A stretch of DNA of 64,000 bases from an uncultured Planctomycetota bacterium (GCA_963849325.1 CAWKHF010000001.1:96001-160000); one strand, 5' to 3'; shown: positions 9,804 through 20,157, counted from the stretch's first letter. The notes: a model not told the origin generated them from the letters alone. Made by a program: numbers and translations.

Positions 9804-9914
9804 GAGCCTCACGCAAAGGCGCGAAGAACGCAAAGGAAAAGAAAATGGAGACCCAAGCGACTCGCGCCTCTTTTTTGTCTTCCTTTGCGTTCTTTGCGCC
9901 TTTGCGTGAGGCTC
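9804..9914. repeat. Inverted repeat built from degenerate 9-mers (CGCAAAGGC-like)
   Basis: GAGCCTCACGCAAAGGCGCGAAGAACGCAAAGGA ... near-exact reverse complement. Confidence 0.85.
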
Positions 9915-9921
9915 TTCATCT

Positions 9922-11934
9922 TCAATCCACATACGGATCGGCGCCGAGATCCTTGAGGATTTCCTGGCGCTGGTGTTCGTGGACGAGCAGATCGACGCGG
10001 CTACGGAAGTGGCGGCGTTCGACGCGGCGCTGGGCGCGGCGAAACAGGAAGAGGTACTTGTCCCAGTCGAGGTTGCCGCCGCGCCGGCCGAACTCCTTCC
10101 ACTTCTCCTGCGTCCGGGGGCCGAGTCCTTCGAGCAGCTCGTCTTCCAGCGACAGGAAGAACTGAGCGCTGCCGGGGTCGCCCTGGCGTCCGGCGCGGCC
10201 CATGAGCTGGCGGTCGATGCGCAGCGCTTCGTGCCGCTCGGTGCCCAGGACGTGCAGGCCGCCGGCGGCCAGCACCTCGGGAGCCGGCTTGATGTCGGTG
10301 CCGCGGCCGGCCATGTTCGTGGCGATCGTCACCCGACCCGCCTGGCCCGCCTGGGCGACGATCTTCGCCTCCTGCTCGTGCTGCCGGGCGTTGAGCACCT
10401 GATGCTCGATCGCCCGCCGCCGTCAGCCGTTCGCTCAGCTTCTCCGACTTCTCCACCGAGCGCGTGCCGATCAGCACCGACCGGCCCCCGGCACGCAGTC
10501 GGCACCACCTCCTCCACCACGGCGTCGAACTTGGCGTCCTCGGTCGGGAAGACGCGGTCGGGCCAGTGGTCGCGACGGATCGGCCGGTTGGTCGGCACGC
10601 ACACCACCCAGAGCTTGTAGACGCGGCGCATCTCCCAGCGGTTCTGCAGGGCCGTGCCGGTCATGCCGGCCAGCTTCTTGTACAGGCGGAAGTAGCTCTG
10701 GAAGGTGATCTGGGCGGCGTGGTCGGACGGCATGTGTGATCGGCACGCCTCTCCTTGGCCTCGACGGCCTGGTGCAGCCCCTCGCGCCAGTGGCGATCCG
10801 GCATGCGCCGGCCGGTGAACTCGTCGATGATGACGATCTTGTCCTTGTCGATCATGTAATGCTGGTCGCGGCGGAAGCGGTAGTGCGCTTGCAGCGCCTG
10901 CTCGAGGCGCTCCTGCAGCTTGTCCATCGCTTTGCCGTGCGGCCCGGACGGCGGGTTGGAGTAGCGGGCCAGCTGCTTGCCCACGCCGGTCAGCTCGAGC
11001 TTCTGCTTCTTCGGTGTCGAAGTAGAAGTGCTCGCTCGTACTTCATCTGCTGGACGAGTTGGTCGGCCCAGAGGTAGACGATCTGCTCCTCCGGCGTGGC
11101 CGGCCGCGCTCGGCCGGCTGATGATGAGCGGCGTGCGCGCCTCGTCGATGAAGATGTTGTCGGCCTCGTCCACCAGGGCGAAGTGGTGCGGCCGCTGCAC
11201 GTTGGCGTCCTCCGGCGAGGCGCCGGCGCTCGCTCTTGAGCCAGGCGTCCCAGAACGGCGTGTCCTGGCCGCGCGCGCCGGCCACCTTGAGGCGGTCGCG
11301 CAGGAAGTCGAAGCCGAACTCCGAGGCGGTGCCGTAGGTGATGTCGCAGCGGTACGGCGCTGTGCGGTCCTGGTCGCCCATCTGCTCTGCATGACGCCGA
11401 CGCGTCAGGCCAAGGGCGTTGTAGATCGGCCCCATCCACTCGGCGTCGCGGCGGGCCAGGTAGTCGTTGACGGTGGTGACGTGGACGCCCTTGCCTTCCA
11501 GGGCGTTGAGGAACGCCGGCAGCGTGGCGATGAGCGTCTTGCCTTCGCCGGTGGCCAGCTCGGCCAGGGCGCCCTGGTGCATGACGACGCCGGCGGCCAG
11601 CTGCACGTCGAAGGGCCGCAGGCCCAGGTGACGGCGAGACGGCCACGCAGACCAGGCCGAACGCCTCCGGCAGCAGTCGTCCAGCGATTCGCCGCCGCGC
11701 GCCCGGCCGCGCAGCCGCAGGCCGGTCAGTCCGAAGCTCCGCGTCGGACAGGCGATCGTAGGTCGCTCTCCCAGTGGCGGATGCGCGGCACGTACAGGGC
11801 GGCCCGCGCCAACCGTCGCTGCCACGGCAGACCGACCAGGGCCAGCAGGGCGTTGCGCCAGCGATAACCCAGACGGTTGCGCGGCAAGGGACGGCAGGAG
11901 TGTACAACGGCTTCCGGGGATTCGGGCCGGTCAC
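9922..11934 (-). CDS. secA: Short SecA paralog (SecA2-like), multiple frameshifts; start approximate
   Basis: [55 protein letters not shown]; ends about 55 aa after FLSLED. Confidence 0.9.
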
Positions 11935-12065
11935 GGTCGATGCTCGCTCAAGGCGACGGACCTCCGCAAGAGACGGGCGACGTCTGGTCCGCCAGCATAC
12001 CAACACCGTCCGGCGCAGGCTGTACGACCTCTCCCGTGGCCAGCAAGCCGGAAGGCTGCAAACCG

Positions 12066-12127
12066 AAAAAAAACCGGCCGACTCGCTGTACCACCTCTCC
12101 CATGGCCAGCGCGAGCCGGTCGGTTTT
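12066..12127 (-). terminator. Intrinsic terminator-like hairpin
   Basis: ACCGACCGGCTCGC...GCGAGTCGGCCGG followed by TTTTTTTT. Confidence 0.7.
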
Positions 12128-12155
12128 GGTTCGCTCTCTCTCCCAGAGACGAACG
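12066..12155 (-). ncRNA. Candidate ~90-nt small RNA with two hairpins carrying GGGAG loops
   Basis: Bounded by a sigma54 promoter and a hairpin followed by U8; no credible ORF. Confidence 0.55.
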
Positions 12156-12165
12156 GCCCTCTGAG

Positions 12166-12181
12166 AGCAAACGTCGGACCA
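12166..12181 (-). promoter_or_regulatory. sigma54 (-24/-12) promoter
   Basis: TGGTCCGACGTTTGCT = GG-N10-GC with TTGCT. Confidence 0.65.
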
Positions 12182-12447
12182 ATTGCGAAACCTTCGATTC
12201 CTGCGGGGTCTTCTCATCCCGCTAATGCTTTTTACAAGCGAGTTTACGTCCAAGTGCTTCGGCGGGTCGGATCGCCGGAGCGGACGCGCTCTTCGGAGGA
12301 TCGCCCAATCGCCATGCGTTGCCTGCCCGTTCTCTGGGCGAGGGACCGGCTCGGCATCGTCGATCGGCAGAGCGAATGCGGTTGGTTGGGTCGTTTGAAT
12401 TTTCTGCATTTTGTCGATCTTGTGTCCGAAGGATAAACAGGAGCAAA

Positions 12448-12476
12448 TTGACCTCGCCCCGCCAACCTCCTAGCAT
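12448..12476 (+). promoter_or_regulatory. sigma70 promoter of cysE
   Basis: TTGACC-N17-TAGCAT. Confidence 0.7.
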
Positions 12477-12506
12477 GAAGCGGGGGTTGCATCCGGGCCG
12501 ATGCGA

Positions 12507-12560
12507 CTTTGTTTCGCCGCGACGCGAGCGAGTCGCACTGCGCGTCGCGGCGAAACAAAG
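12507..12560. repeat. Palindrome related to family A, in the cysE leader
   Basis: CTTTGTTTCGCCGCGACGCG...CGCGTCGCGGCGAAACAAAG. Confidence 0.8.
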
Positions 12561-12593
12561 AGCATAAGCGGTCCCCAACCAGTGAGCATTGCG

Positions 12594-13556
12594 ATGGCCA
12601 CCGACATCCGACTGAAGGAAGCGCTGCCGGAGATCACCGAGACCGTCGTCGCCACCTATACCGAGTGCAGCCGCACCAGCCACCTCGGCCACAAGCCGCT
12701 GCCCAGCCGCGAGGCCGTCGTCGAGATCCTCTGCGACTTGCTCGACATCCTTTATCCCGGTTACTGGCGGCGGCAGAACCTGCACATCGGCAACGTCGAG
12801 TACCACGTCGGCGACCTGATCGACGGCCTGCACGACAAGCTGACGCAGCAGATCGCCCGCGCCCTGCGGCACGAGCAGGATTGCTCGCCGGCCGAGGCGC
12901 GCGCTGCCGATCGACTTCGAGGCGTTGGCCCAGCAGAAGACGGTCGAACTGCTCAAGCGGCTGCCCGACGTGCGCATGGATCCTGGAGCAGGACGTGCAG
13001 GCGGCCTTCGAGGGCGACCCGGCCGCCAAGAGCTATCACGAAATCATCTTCTGCTATCCCGGCCTGGAGGCGGTGTCGGTCTACCGCATCGCCCACGAGT
13101 TGCTGCTGCTCGGCGTGCCGCTGATTCCGCGCATGATGACCGAACACGCCCACTCGCAAGACCGGCATCGACATCCACCCCGGCGCCCGCATCGGGCCGG
13201 GCTTCTTCATCGACCACGGCACCGGCGTCGTCATCGGCGAGACGTGCGACATCGGCCGCAACGTCAAGCTGTACCAGGGCGTGACGCTGGGGGCGCTGTC
13301 GTTCCCGCGCGACGCCGACGGCAACATCATCCGCGGCATGAAACGGCATCCGACGCTGGAGGACGAGGTGGTGGTCTACGCCAACGCCACCATCCTCGGC
13401 GGCGACACGGTCATCGGCCGCCACGCGGTCATCGGCTCCAACGTCTGGCTGACGCAGAGCGTGGGTCCGTTCGCCGTGGTGTCGCTGGAGAAGCCGTCGC
13501 TGCGCATCCGCCAGCCGGGCACCAGCGTCGAGGAGGCGCTGAACTATCAGATTTGA
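12594..13556 (+). CDS. cysE: Serine O-acetyltransferase (frameshifted)
   Basis: [42 protein letters not shown]. Confidence 0.9.
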
Positions 13557-13595
13557 ATTCGGGACGTGCGCCTTCTCGTTCCCGATCCCTGCGCG

Positions 13596-13964
13596 TCAGA
13601 TTAGTTCGGACAGCTGCGCTTCGCTCAGAGGCACGACGAAGGTGCAGCCGGCGAGGAACGTACCGTCGCCGAGCGGTTGCAGATGTTTGACGCGGACGAG
13701 GACCGATCGCGTTTCCAGGGAGGTGCCGGGAAAGCGGATTACCAGTACGGAACCCTGGGCGAACGAACGATCGACGATGAGACCGACGCCCTGCATGGAG
13801 AGATCCTGGATCTTGGCCGGGCGCGGCTCCGCTGGTTTCATGCCGAACAAATGCCAGAGCATTTGCAAGCGACGCGGTGGATAGCGCACCCACGCCCGCC
13901 GCTCCGCGGTCTGCGGCACCTTCGGCGTGCGGGTCGGCGTTGGAGCAGGATCGGCCATGCTCAT
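13596..13964 (-). CDS. Stand-alone PilZ domain protein
   Basis: RxxxR (RRAWVR) and DxSxxG (DLSMQG) c-di-GMP motifs. Confidence 0.85.
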   Translation of the reverse strand: MSMADPAPTPTRTPKVPQTAERRAWVRYPPRRLQMLWHLFGMKPAEPRPAKIQDLSMQGVGLIVDRSFAQGSVLVIRFPGTSLETRSVLVRVKHLQPLGDGTFLAGCTFVVPLSEAQLSELI

Positions 13965-14074
13965 TCCTTGTTGGGGTGTTTCTCTCGTTGAGGCAACCCT
14001 AAAATATCTTTTCGCACCTGTCAAACAAATGGGAAAGACCGAGGAGGAATCTCCTCGCTGGGCGGCCGTCGCGG

Positions 14075-15082
14075 ATGAAAACTTCCGTCTTCACGATCGA
14101 TCCGAACGCGCCGGACGCGAAAAGCATCGCCGAGGCGGCGCGCGTGATACGCGACGGCGGCTTGACGGCCTTCCCCACGGAGACGGTCTACGGACTGGGA
14201 GCGAACGCCCTGGACGCCTCGGCGGTGGCCCGCATCTTCGCCGCCAAGGGCCGGCCAGCCAACAACCCGCTCATCGTCCACGTCGCCGAGTCCGGTGAGG
14301 CGAAGCAGCTGGTCGCCGACTGGCCGGCGACGGCCGCGCGCCTCGCCGAGCGATTTTGGCCGGGGCCGTTGACGCTGGTGCTGCCCCGGTGCGACCGGGT
14401 GCCGGACGTGGTGACGGCGAGCGGGCCGACGGTGGCCGTGCGCGTGCCGGCTCATGCGGTGGCGCAGGCGCTGCTGCGCGCCGCGGGGGTGCCGATCGCC
14501 GCCCCCAGTGCCAACCGCTCGACGGAGCTATCGCCGACGCGGGCCGAGCACGTCCTGCGCGGCCTGGACGGGCGCATCGACGTGCTGCTGGACGGCGGGC
14601 CGACGGCGGGAGGCATCGAATCGACGGTACTGGATCTCACTGCACCCTCGCCGCGCCTGTTGCGTCCCGGACTGCTCGGCATCGCTGAATTGGAATCCGT
14701 GGTCGGGCCGGTGACTCTTATGGTAAGGGGCGAGGAAACGACTCGGACGCTTCCCTCGCCGGGTATGCTGCCGCGCCACTACGCGCCGCGCACGCCGCTG
14801 GAAGGCGTCGAGGCGGCCAGCGCCGAGCGCGTCGCGGCCCTGGTTCGGGAGGGACGGCGCGTCGGCTGGGTGACGTTCGCCGATTCCGACCAGACGGCGA
14901 TGCCCGGCGTTTGGCAGCGCGTGCTGCCGGCCGACCCCGCCAGCTACGCGGCTGGCCTCTATGCGGTGCTGCACGAACTCGACACCGCCGGCCTGGACCG
15001 CATCATCGTGGCGCTGCCACCGGATACCCTCGACTGGTTGGCGGTACGCGATCGCCTCCGCCGTGCCGCTGCGGACGGATAA
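14075..15082 (+). CDS. sua5: L-threonylcarbamoyladenylate synthase (Sua5/TsaC2)
   Basis: PTETVYGL, KGRP, APSAN, PGM..HY. Confidence 0.95.
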   Translation: MKTSVFTIDPNAPDAKSIAEAARVIRDGGLTAFPTETVYGLGANALDASAVARIFAAKGRPANNPLIVHVAESGEAKQLVADWPATAARLAERFWPGPLTLVLPRCDRVPDVVTASGPTVAVRVPAHAVAQALLRAAGVPIAAPSANRSTELSPTRAEHVLRGLDGRIDVLLDGGPTAGGIESTVLDLTAPSPRLLRPGLLGIAELESVVGPVTLMVRGEETTRTLPSPGMLPRHYAPRTPLEGVEAASAERVAALVREGRRVGWVTFADSDQTAMPGVWQRVLPADPASYAAGLYAVLHELDTAGLDRIIVALPPDTLDWLAVRDRLRRAAADG

Positions 15083-15140
15083 GTGGAGAACTCGGATCGA
15101 GTTATCCGTTGAAAATACTCCTCAACTCGGAGGAATGCTC

Positions 15141-16445
15141 ATGTCGTCTCGCATTCCCAGGTGGCGACGGTGGATCATCGCTTGCGGATGGACCGCTGCC
15201 ATGATGTCGGCCGCAGCACGGGCGGAGTCGGCGGAACCACGTCCCGTCTGGCCGCAGTGGCGCGGCCCATCGCGCGACGGCAAGGTCGAAGGACCGGCCT
15301 GGCCGCAACGTCTGCAAGGCACGGCCCTGCAACTCCTCTGGCGCGTCGAGCTGGGACCGAGCTACTCCGGCCCCATCGTGGCGCCGGATCGCGTCTTCGT
15401 CACCGAGACGCGCAACAAGACCAACGAGGTCGTGCGTGCTCTGGATCGCGCGACCGGCAAGGAACTCTGGCAGGTCCACTGGAAGGGGTCCGTCACCGTG
15501 CCGGCCTATGCGCGCGGCAACGGCGAGTGGATCCGCTCGACCCCCGCCTACGACGGCGAGGCCGTCTACGTCGGCGGCATGCGCGACGTGCTCGTCTGCC
15601 TGGAGGCGAAGGATGGCCATGAGCGTTGGCGTGTCGATTTCCCGGCCCAGTTCCGGACGGCGGTGCCCATCCTCGGCCTGGTGAGTTCGCCGCTGGTGGA
15701 CGGCGATGCGGTGTACATCGTGGCCTCGGCCGCGCTGGTCAAACTGGATAAGCGGAGTGGAAAAGTGCTGTGGCGCAGCGTCGAGGACAGGGACAAAGGC
15801 GACGCCTACGCCTCGGCGGTCTCGTCGCCGACGATGGCCACGCTCGCCGGCAAACGACAAGTCCTGGCGCAGAACCGCAAGGTCCTGGCCGGCGTCGATC
15901 CCGACACCGGCGAGGTGCTCTGGCGGCGGGACGTGCCGTCCTTCCGGGGCACCAACATCATCACGCCAACCCTTTACGGCGATCGCAGCGTCGTCACCAG
16001 CGCCTTCGGCGGTCGGACGTTCCGCTTCGATGTCATGGCCAAGGATAGCTCCTTGCAGGTCCGCACCGCCTGGGACAACCCCGCCCAGGGTTACATGTCC
16101 TCGCCGCTCGTTATCGGCGACTATCTCTACATACACCTGCGCAACCAGCGATTCACCTGCCTGGACCTGCGCACCGGCAAGGAGCGCTGGACCACCTCCG
16201 GAGCCTTCGGCAAGTACTGGAGCATGGTGGCACGGAAGGACCGCATCCTCGCACTCGATGAGCGCGGCATCCTTTACCTCCTCCGCGCCAACCCGGAGAA
16301 GTTCGACTTGCTCGACCAGCGCCGGGTGAGCGAGGCGGAAACCTGGGCCCACCTGGCGGTCTGCGGCGAGGAACTCTACGTCCGCGAGTTGAACGCCCTC
16401 GCCGTCTACCGCTGGACCTCCCCATCTCCGGGGAAGGAGGACTGA
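15141..16445 (+). CDS. PQQ-binding-like beta-propeller repeat protein
   Basis: WPQWRGP, repeated D..TGKE.W, TWAHLAV; signal peptide. Confidence 0.9.
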   Translation: MSSRIPRWRRWIIACGWTAAMMSAAARAESAEPRPVWPQWRGPSRDGKVEGPAWPQRLQGTALQLLWRVELGPSYSGPIVAPDRVFVTETRNKTNEVVRALDRATGKELWQVHWKGSVTVPAYARGNGEWIRSTPAYDGEAVYVGGMRDVLVCLEAKDGHERWRVDFPAQFRTAVPILGLVSSPLVDGDAVYIVASAALVKLDKRSGKVLWRSVEDRDKGDAYASAVSSPTMATLAGKRQVLAQNRKVLAGVDPDTGEVLWRRDVPSFRGTNIITPTLYGDRSVVTSAFGGRTFRFDVMAKDSSLQVRTAWDNPAQGYMSSPLVIGDYLYIHLRNQRFTCLDLRTGKERWTTSGAFGKYWSMVARKDRILALDERGILYLLRANPEKFDLLDQRRVSEAETWAHLAVCGEELYVRELNALAVYRWTSPSPGKED

Positions 16446-16556
16446 GCCGGTTCCTCAAACCGCGGCTCCTTTACGGTTGTGCCGAATTGGCTGATTGTGT
16501 GGAGCGTGGCGAGTCGATAAGGCTCTCGGGATGATGCGCTCATCGGGGGAGCCAAC

Positions 16557-17629
16557 ATGACGGGGGGCGAACGACGGAAAGCGAACGGCGGGGAAACGAC
16601 GCCGCTGGTGTTGCTCGCGTTGCTGGCGCTGACGGTTTCGGGTTGCCTGCACCCCGTCAAGGCCATCCTCCGCGTGGACGGCCCGATCTTCGGCGACATG
16701 GCCCACAACAACAACGACCGGCCGATCGTGGCCATGCCGGTGGACGACGCGGGGCGGGTTTGCAAGACACCGCACGTCGCCATCCTCGACGTGGACGGCC
16801 TGCTCCTGAATACCAATCTCACCGGCCCGTATTCGTCGGGCGACAATCCCGTCGATGTGTTCCGCGAAAAACTCGACGCAGCGATGGCCGACCCTTGTTG
16901 CGTCGCCCTCGTGGTGCGCATCAACAGTCCGGGCGGCTCCGTGACGGCCACCGACATGATGTGGCGCGAACTGCAATCGTTCCGCGCAAGACGAAACGCC
17001 CGGTCGTCGCCTGCCTGATGGACCTCGCCTGCGGCGGCGCCTACTACCTGGCCACGGCGAGCGACTGGATCATCGCTCATCCGACCACCGTGACCGGCGG
17101 CGTCGGCGTTGTCTTGAACCTGTACAATTTCCGCGACGCGATGGGCACCATCAGCCTGGTCGATCAATCGATCAAGGCCGGTCCCAACATCGACATCGGC
17201 TCCGCCCTCAAACCTCTGCCGCCGGAGGCGGAAAGGTTGCTGCAGGAGATGGCCGACGAGTTGCACGGTCGTTTCCGTGCCGTCGTGCGGGGTCGCCGAC
17301 CCGGCGCTCCCCCGATGGAGGACACTGCTCTCGACGGCCGAGTCTTCCTCGCCTCGAAAGCCCTGGAGCGCGGCCTGGTGGATTGCGTTGGCTACTTACC
17401 GGATGCTCTCGCCGCGGCACGGGAGATGGCCGGCCAACCGCAAGCGGGCACCGTCCTGTTGCACCGTACCGGCGACGTTGCGCGGACGCCGTATGCGACC
17501 ACGCCGAACGTCCCCATTCAGGCGAACTTGCTGCCGTTCAGCATGCCCGGCCTGGAACGCAGCAAGCTGCCGACGTTCCTCTATCTGTGGCAGCCCGACC
17601 CGACACTCGAACGACTCAGCGGCCGATAG
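16557..17629 (+). CDS. sppA: S49 family peptidase (SppA-like lipoprotein), one frameshift near 16985
   Basis: Lipobox VSGC; RINSPGGSV, GGAYYLA, HPTTVTG. Confidence 0.85.
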
Positions 17630-17647
17630 CAGAAGGAATGTACTCTT

Positions 17648-17700
17648 CCGAGCCTGAAGCGTAAGCGAAGAGGATCCCTTCGCTTACGCTTCAGGCTCGG
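17648..17700. repeat. REP-like palindrome, family B (GAGCCTGAAGCGTAAGCGAAG arm)
   Basis: Perfect inverted arms; same arm at 37395-37461. Confidence 0.9.
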
Positions 17701-17831
17701 TGGATTGCGGCAAGGCTCTTGCCCTCCCCGCACGATCCGATTACATTCACATCTGGTGATTGATCGCCCGCCCACCTGCCTGCCGTCCCGCCGGATTGGT
17801 CCACCCCACCCGCCTTCGCAGGAGTTTCCGC

Positions 17832-19094
17832 ATGTCGCGACGATTGCTCTGGTCCGCGGCGCCATTGTCGGCGTTGCTCCTCATGGTGTCGGCTTTCGCG
17901 GCCGACAATTTCCAGCCTCAGAAGTTCGATTGGCCGCAGTGGCAAGGGCAGGACCGCACGGCCGTCTCGCGCGAGACCGGCCTGCTGCAAGACTGGCCCA
18001 AGGAGGGACCGCCGCTCGTCTGGAAGCTCGATACGCTGGGCGGCGGCTACAGCACGCCCTCGATCGCGGCCGGCCGCATCTTCGGCATGAGCTATCGCGG
18101 CGACAACGAGGTCGTCTGGGCCTTGGAGGAAGCGACCGGCAAGGAACTCTGGTCGGTGCGCATCGCCACGGCCAACCGCAAGATCGGCTGCGGCGAGGGA
18201 TCGCGCTGCACGCCGACGGTGGACGGCGACGTGCTCTACACCCTGGGCGTCAGCGGCGATCTCGTCTGCCTGGAAACGGCCACCGGCAAGGAACGCTGGC
18301 ACAAGAACTTGCTCAAGGACTTCGGCGGAAAGGTCGGCGGTTGGCGCTACAGCGAATCGCCCCTGATCGACGGCGACAAACTGCTGTGTACGCCCGGCGG
18401 CAAGACGGCGACGCTCCTGGCCCTGAACAAGAAGACGGCCGAGACCATCTGGATGGCCGCGGTGCCGGGCGGCTCCGAGGCGGCCTATTCGTCAATCGTC
18501 GCCGCCGACGTGGACGGCCAGCGGCAGTACATCCAGTTCCTCGGCGCCGGCGTGGTCGGCGTGACGGCCGACGGCGGCAAGTTCCTGTGGCGCTATACCC
18601 ATCCGTCGGCGGGCATCAACTGCTCGACGCCGATCTACCACGATCAATGCGTCTACGCGGCGGCGGCCTACCGCAAGGGCGGCGGGATGGTCCGACTGAC
18701 CCGCGACGGCGACAAGGTCAACGCCCAGGAAGCCTACTTCCACGAGAACATGGAGAACCATCACGGTGGACTGGTGCTGGTGGACGGCTACCTGTACGGT
18801 GAGGGCAGCGGAAAGCTGGTTTGCCTGGAATTCAAGACCGGCAAGGAGATGTGGCGCGGCGACAAGCCGGGCAAAGGCTCGATCGCCTACGCCGACGGCC
18901 GGCTCTACTACCGCAACGAGGGCGGGCCGATCTACCTGGTGGAAGCCAACCCCGAGCGGATGGTCGTCCACGGCCGATTCGATCAGCCGAAGCGTTCGCG
19001 CAACGCGGCCTGGCCACACCCCGTCGTCGCCAACGGCAAACTGTACATCCGCGATCAGCAATATCTGTTTTGCTACAACGTCAAGCAGCACTAA
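17832..19094 (+). CDS. PQQ-binding-like beta-propeller repeat protein
   Basis: DWPQWQG, GYSTP, WPHPVVANGKLYIRD; AGGAG RBS. Confidence 0.9.
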   Translation: MSRRLLWSAAPLSALLLMVSAFAADNFQPQKFDWPQWQGQDRTAVSRETGLLQDWPKEGPPLVWKLDTLGGGYSTPSIAAGRIFGMSYRGDNEVVWALEEATGKELWSVRIATANRKIGCGEGSRCTPTVDGDVLYTLGVSGDLVCLETATGKERWHKNLLKDFGGKVGGWRYSESPLIDGDKLLCTPGGKTATLLALNKKTAETIWMAAVPGGSEAAYSSIVAADVDGQRQYIQFLGAGVVGVTADGGKFLWRYTHPSAGINCSTPIYHDQCVYAAAAYRKGGGMVRLTRDGDKVNAQEAYFHENMENHHGGLVLVDGYLYGEGSGKLVCLEFKTGKEMWRGDKPGKGSIAYADGRLYYRNEGGPIYLVEANPERMVVHGRFDQPKRSRNAAWPHPVVANGKLYIRDQQYLFCYNVKQH

Positions 19095-19107
19095 TACAAG
19101 CGCTCGG

Positions 19108-19196
19108 TGATGATGTCTCGTTTAGCCGCGACGCGCAGCGGAGCGCGGGATACTCCCGCGCTCCGCTGCGCGTCGCGGCTAAACGAGACATCATCA
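19108..19196. repeat. REP-like palindrome, family A, copy 3 (extended arms)
   Basis: TGATGATGTCTCGTTTAGCC...GGCTAAACGAGACATCATCA. Confidence 0.95.
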
Positions 19197-19202
19197 GGTC
19201 CG

Positions 19203-20031
19203 TCATTTCTCACTGCGAGCCGTGCGATCTCACGGCGAAGTTGCTCGACCTGTTCCTCCAGCGCTCGCAAGCGCTGCTCCCGATCGCTCGAACGATCCGG
19301 GCCGGCCCGGCGCCGGTCGGGCGGCGGAGGCCCGTCGTTGACGCCGGAGCGATTCGTGCGCAGGTTCGTCAGGTTTTGTACTTCGAGATGGCTGTCGCCT
19401 TCCGGCCCGGTCTCCATCCGGCCCGTCACGCGGACGCGATCGCCCTTCGAGGCGATTTTCGCAAATCGATCCTCGCGGTGCGGCGGCCAGTGGATCACGG
19501 TGCCATCCTCCAGGACGGCGCCGTCCACTTCCCCTCTCGGGGCGGACGTGAAGCGGCGGATCACGCCTTCGACCGTCTTGTCGGCCGAGGCGCTATCGAT
19601 CCGCGCGAGGGCCGCGAGGGCCACGGGGACCACGACGCCGCGGCGGCGGGCCGTCGTCGTTGTTTTCGCGTGAGACCTTGGTGCGGAGGTTCGTCAGCGC
19701 GAACACTTCCAGGTGCGTGTCGCCTTCCGGACCCGTCTCCATCCGGCCGGTGACGCGGACGCGGTCGCCCTTGGCGATGATGCTCGTGAATCGATCTTCC
19801 AGGTGCGGCGGCCAGTGAATCACCGTGCCGTCGTCGAGCACGGCGCCGTCCACCTCACCTCGCGGGGCGGTCGTGAAACTCTTGATCGTTCCCTGCACCG
19901 TCCGAGCGTCGCGCCGCTCGGCGCTGCGCCCTCGTCTCCGCGCAGACGATTAGCAAGAGAAACGCCGACGCCAGTGCGGCCGCCGTGCGGACCCATCGGT
20001 TTCCCACGCCGCTTGCGCTTGGCCGAATCAT
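19203..20031 (-). CDS. Exported protein with two tandem ~70-aa OB-fold-like repeats and a C-terminal coiled coil (frameshifted; end approximate)
   Basis: GEVDGAVL.DGTVIHWPPH.EDRF....KGDRVRVTGRMETGPEGD occurs twice; GGAGAGG RBS before ATG 20031. Confidence 0.7.
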
Positions 20032-20141
20032 AGAATCCTCTCCTCGTCATGCCGGGCGCCGAGCCGAAGCTCCCGGAACCAGGTAGGGGGTGTGGCTTTC
20101 TCAACGTGTCGCCTCAGCCCCTCGGCTCTCCAGGGAGGAAT

Positions 20142-20157
20142 CGCTATCGCGATGCCA
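20142..20157 (-). promoter_or_regulatory. Possible sigma54 promoter
   Basis: TGGCATCGCGATAGCG = GG-N10-GC. Confidence 0.45.

Noticed and set aside
19091-19202. C-terminal protein extension through palindrome A (SFSRDAQRSAG...)
   Set aside because: A single-base correction gives RLRSEK-stop at 19203, so the read-through is probably an indel artefact.
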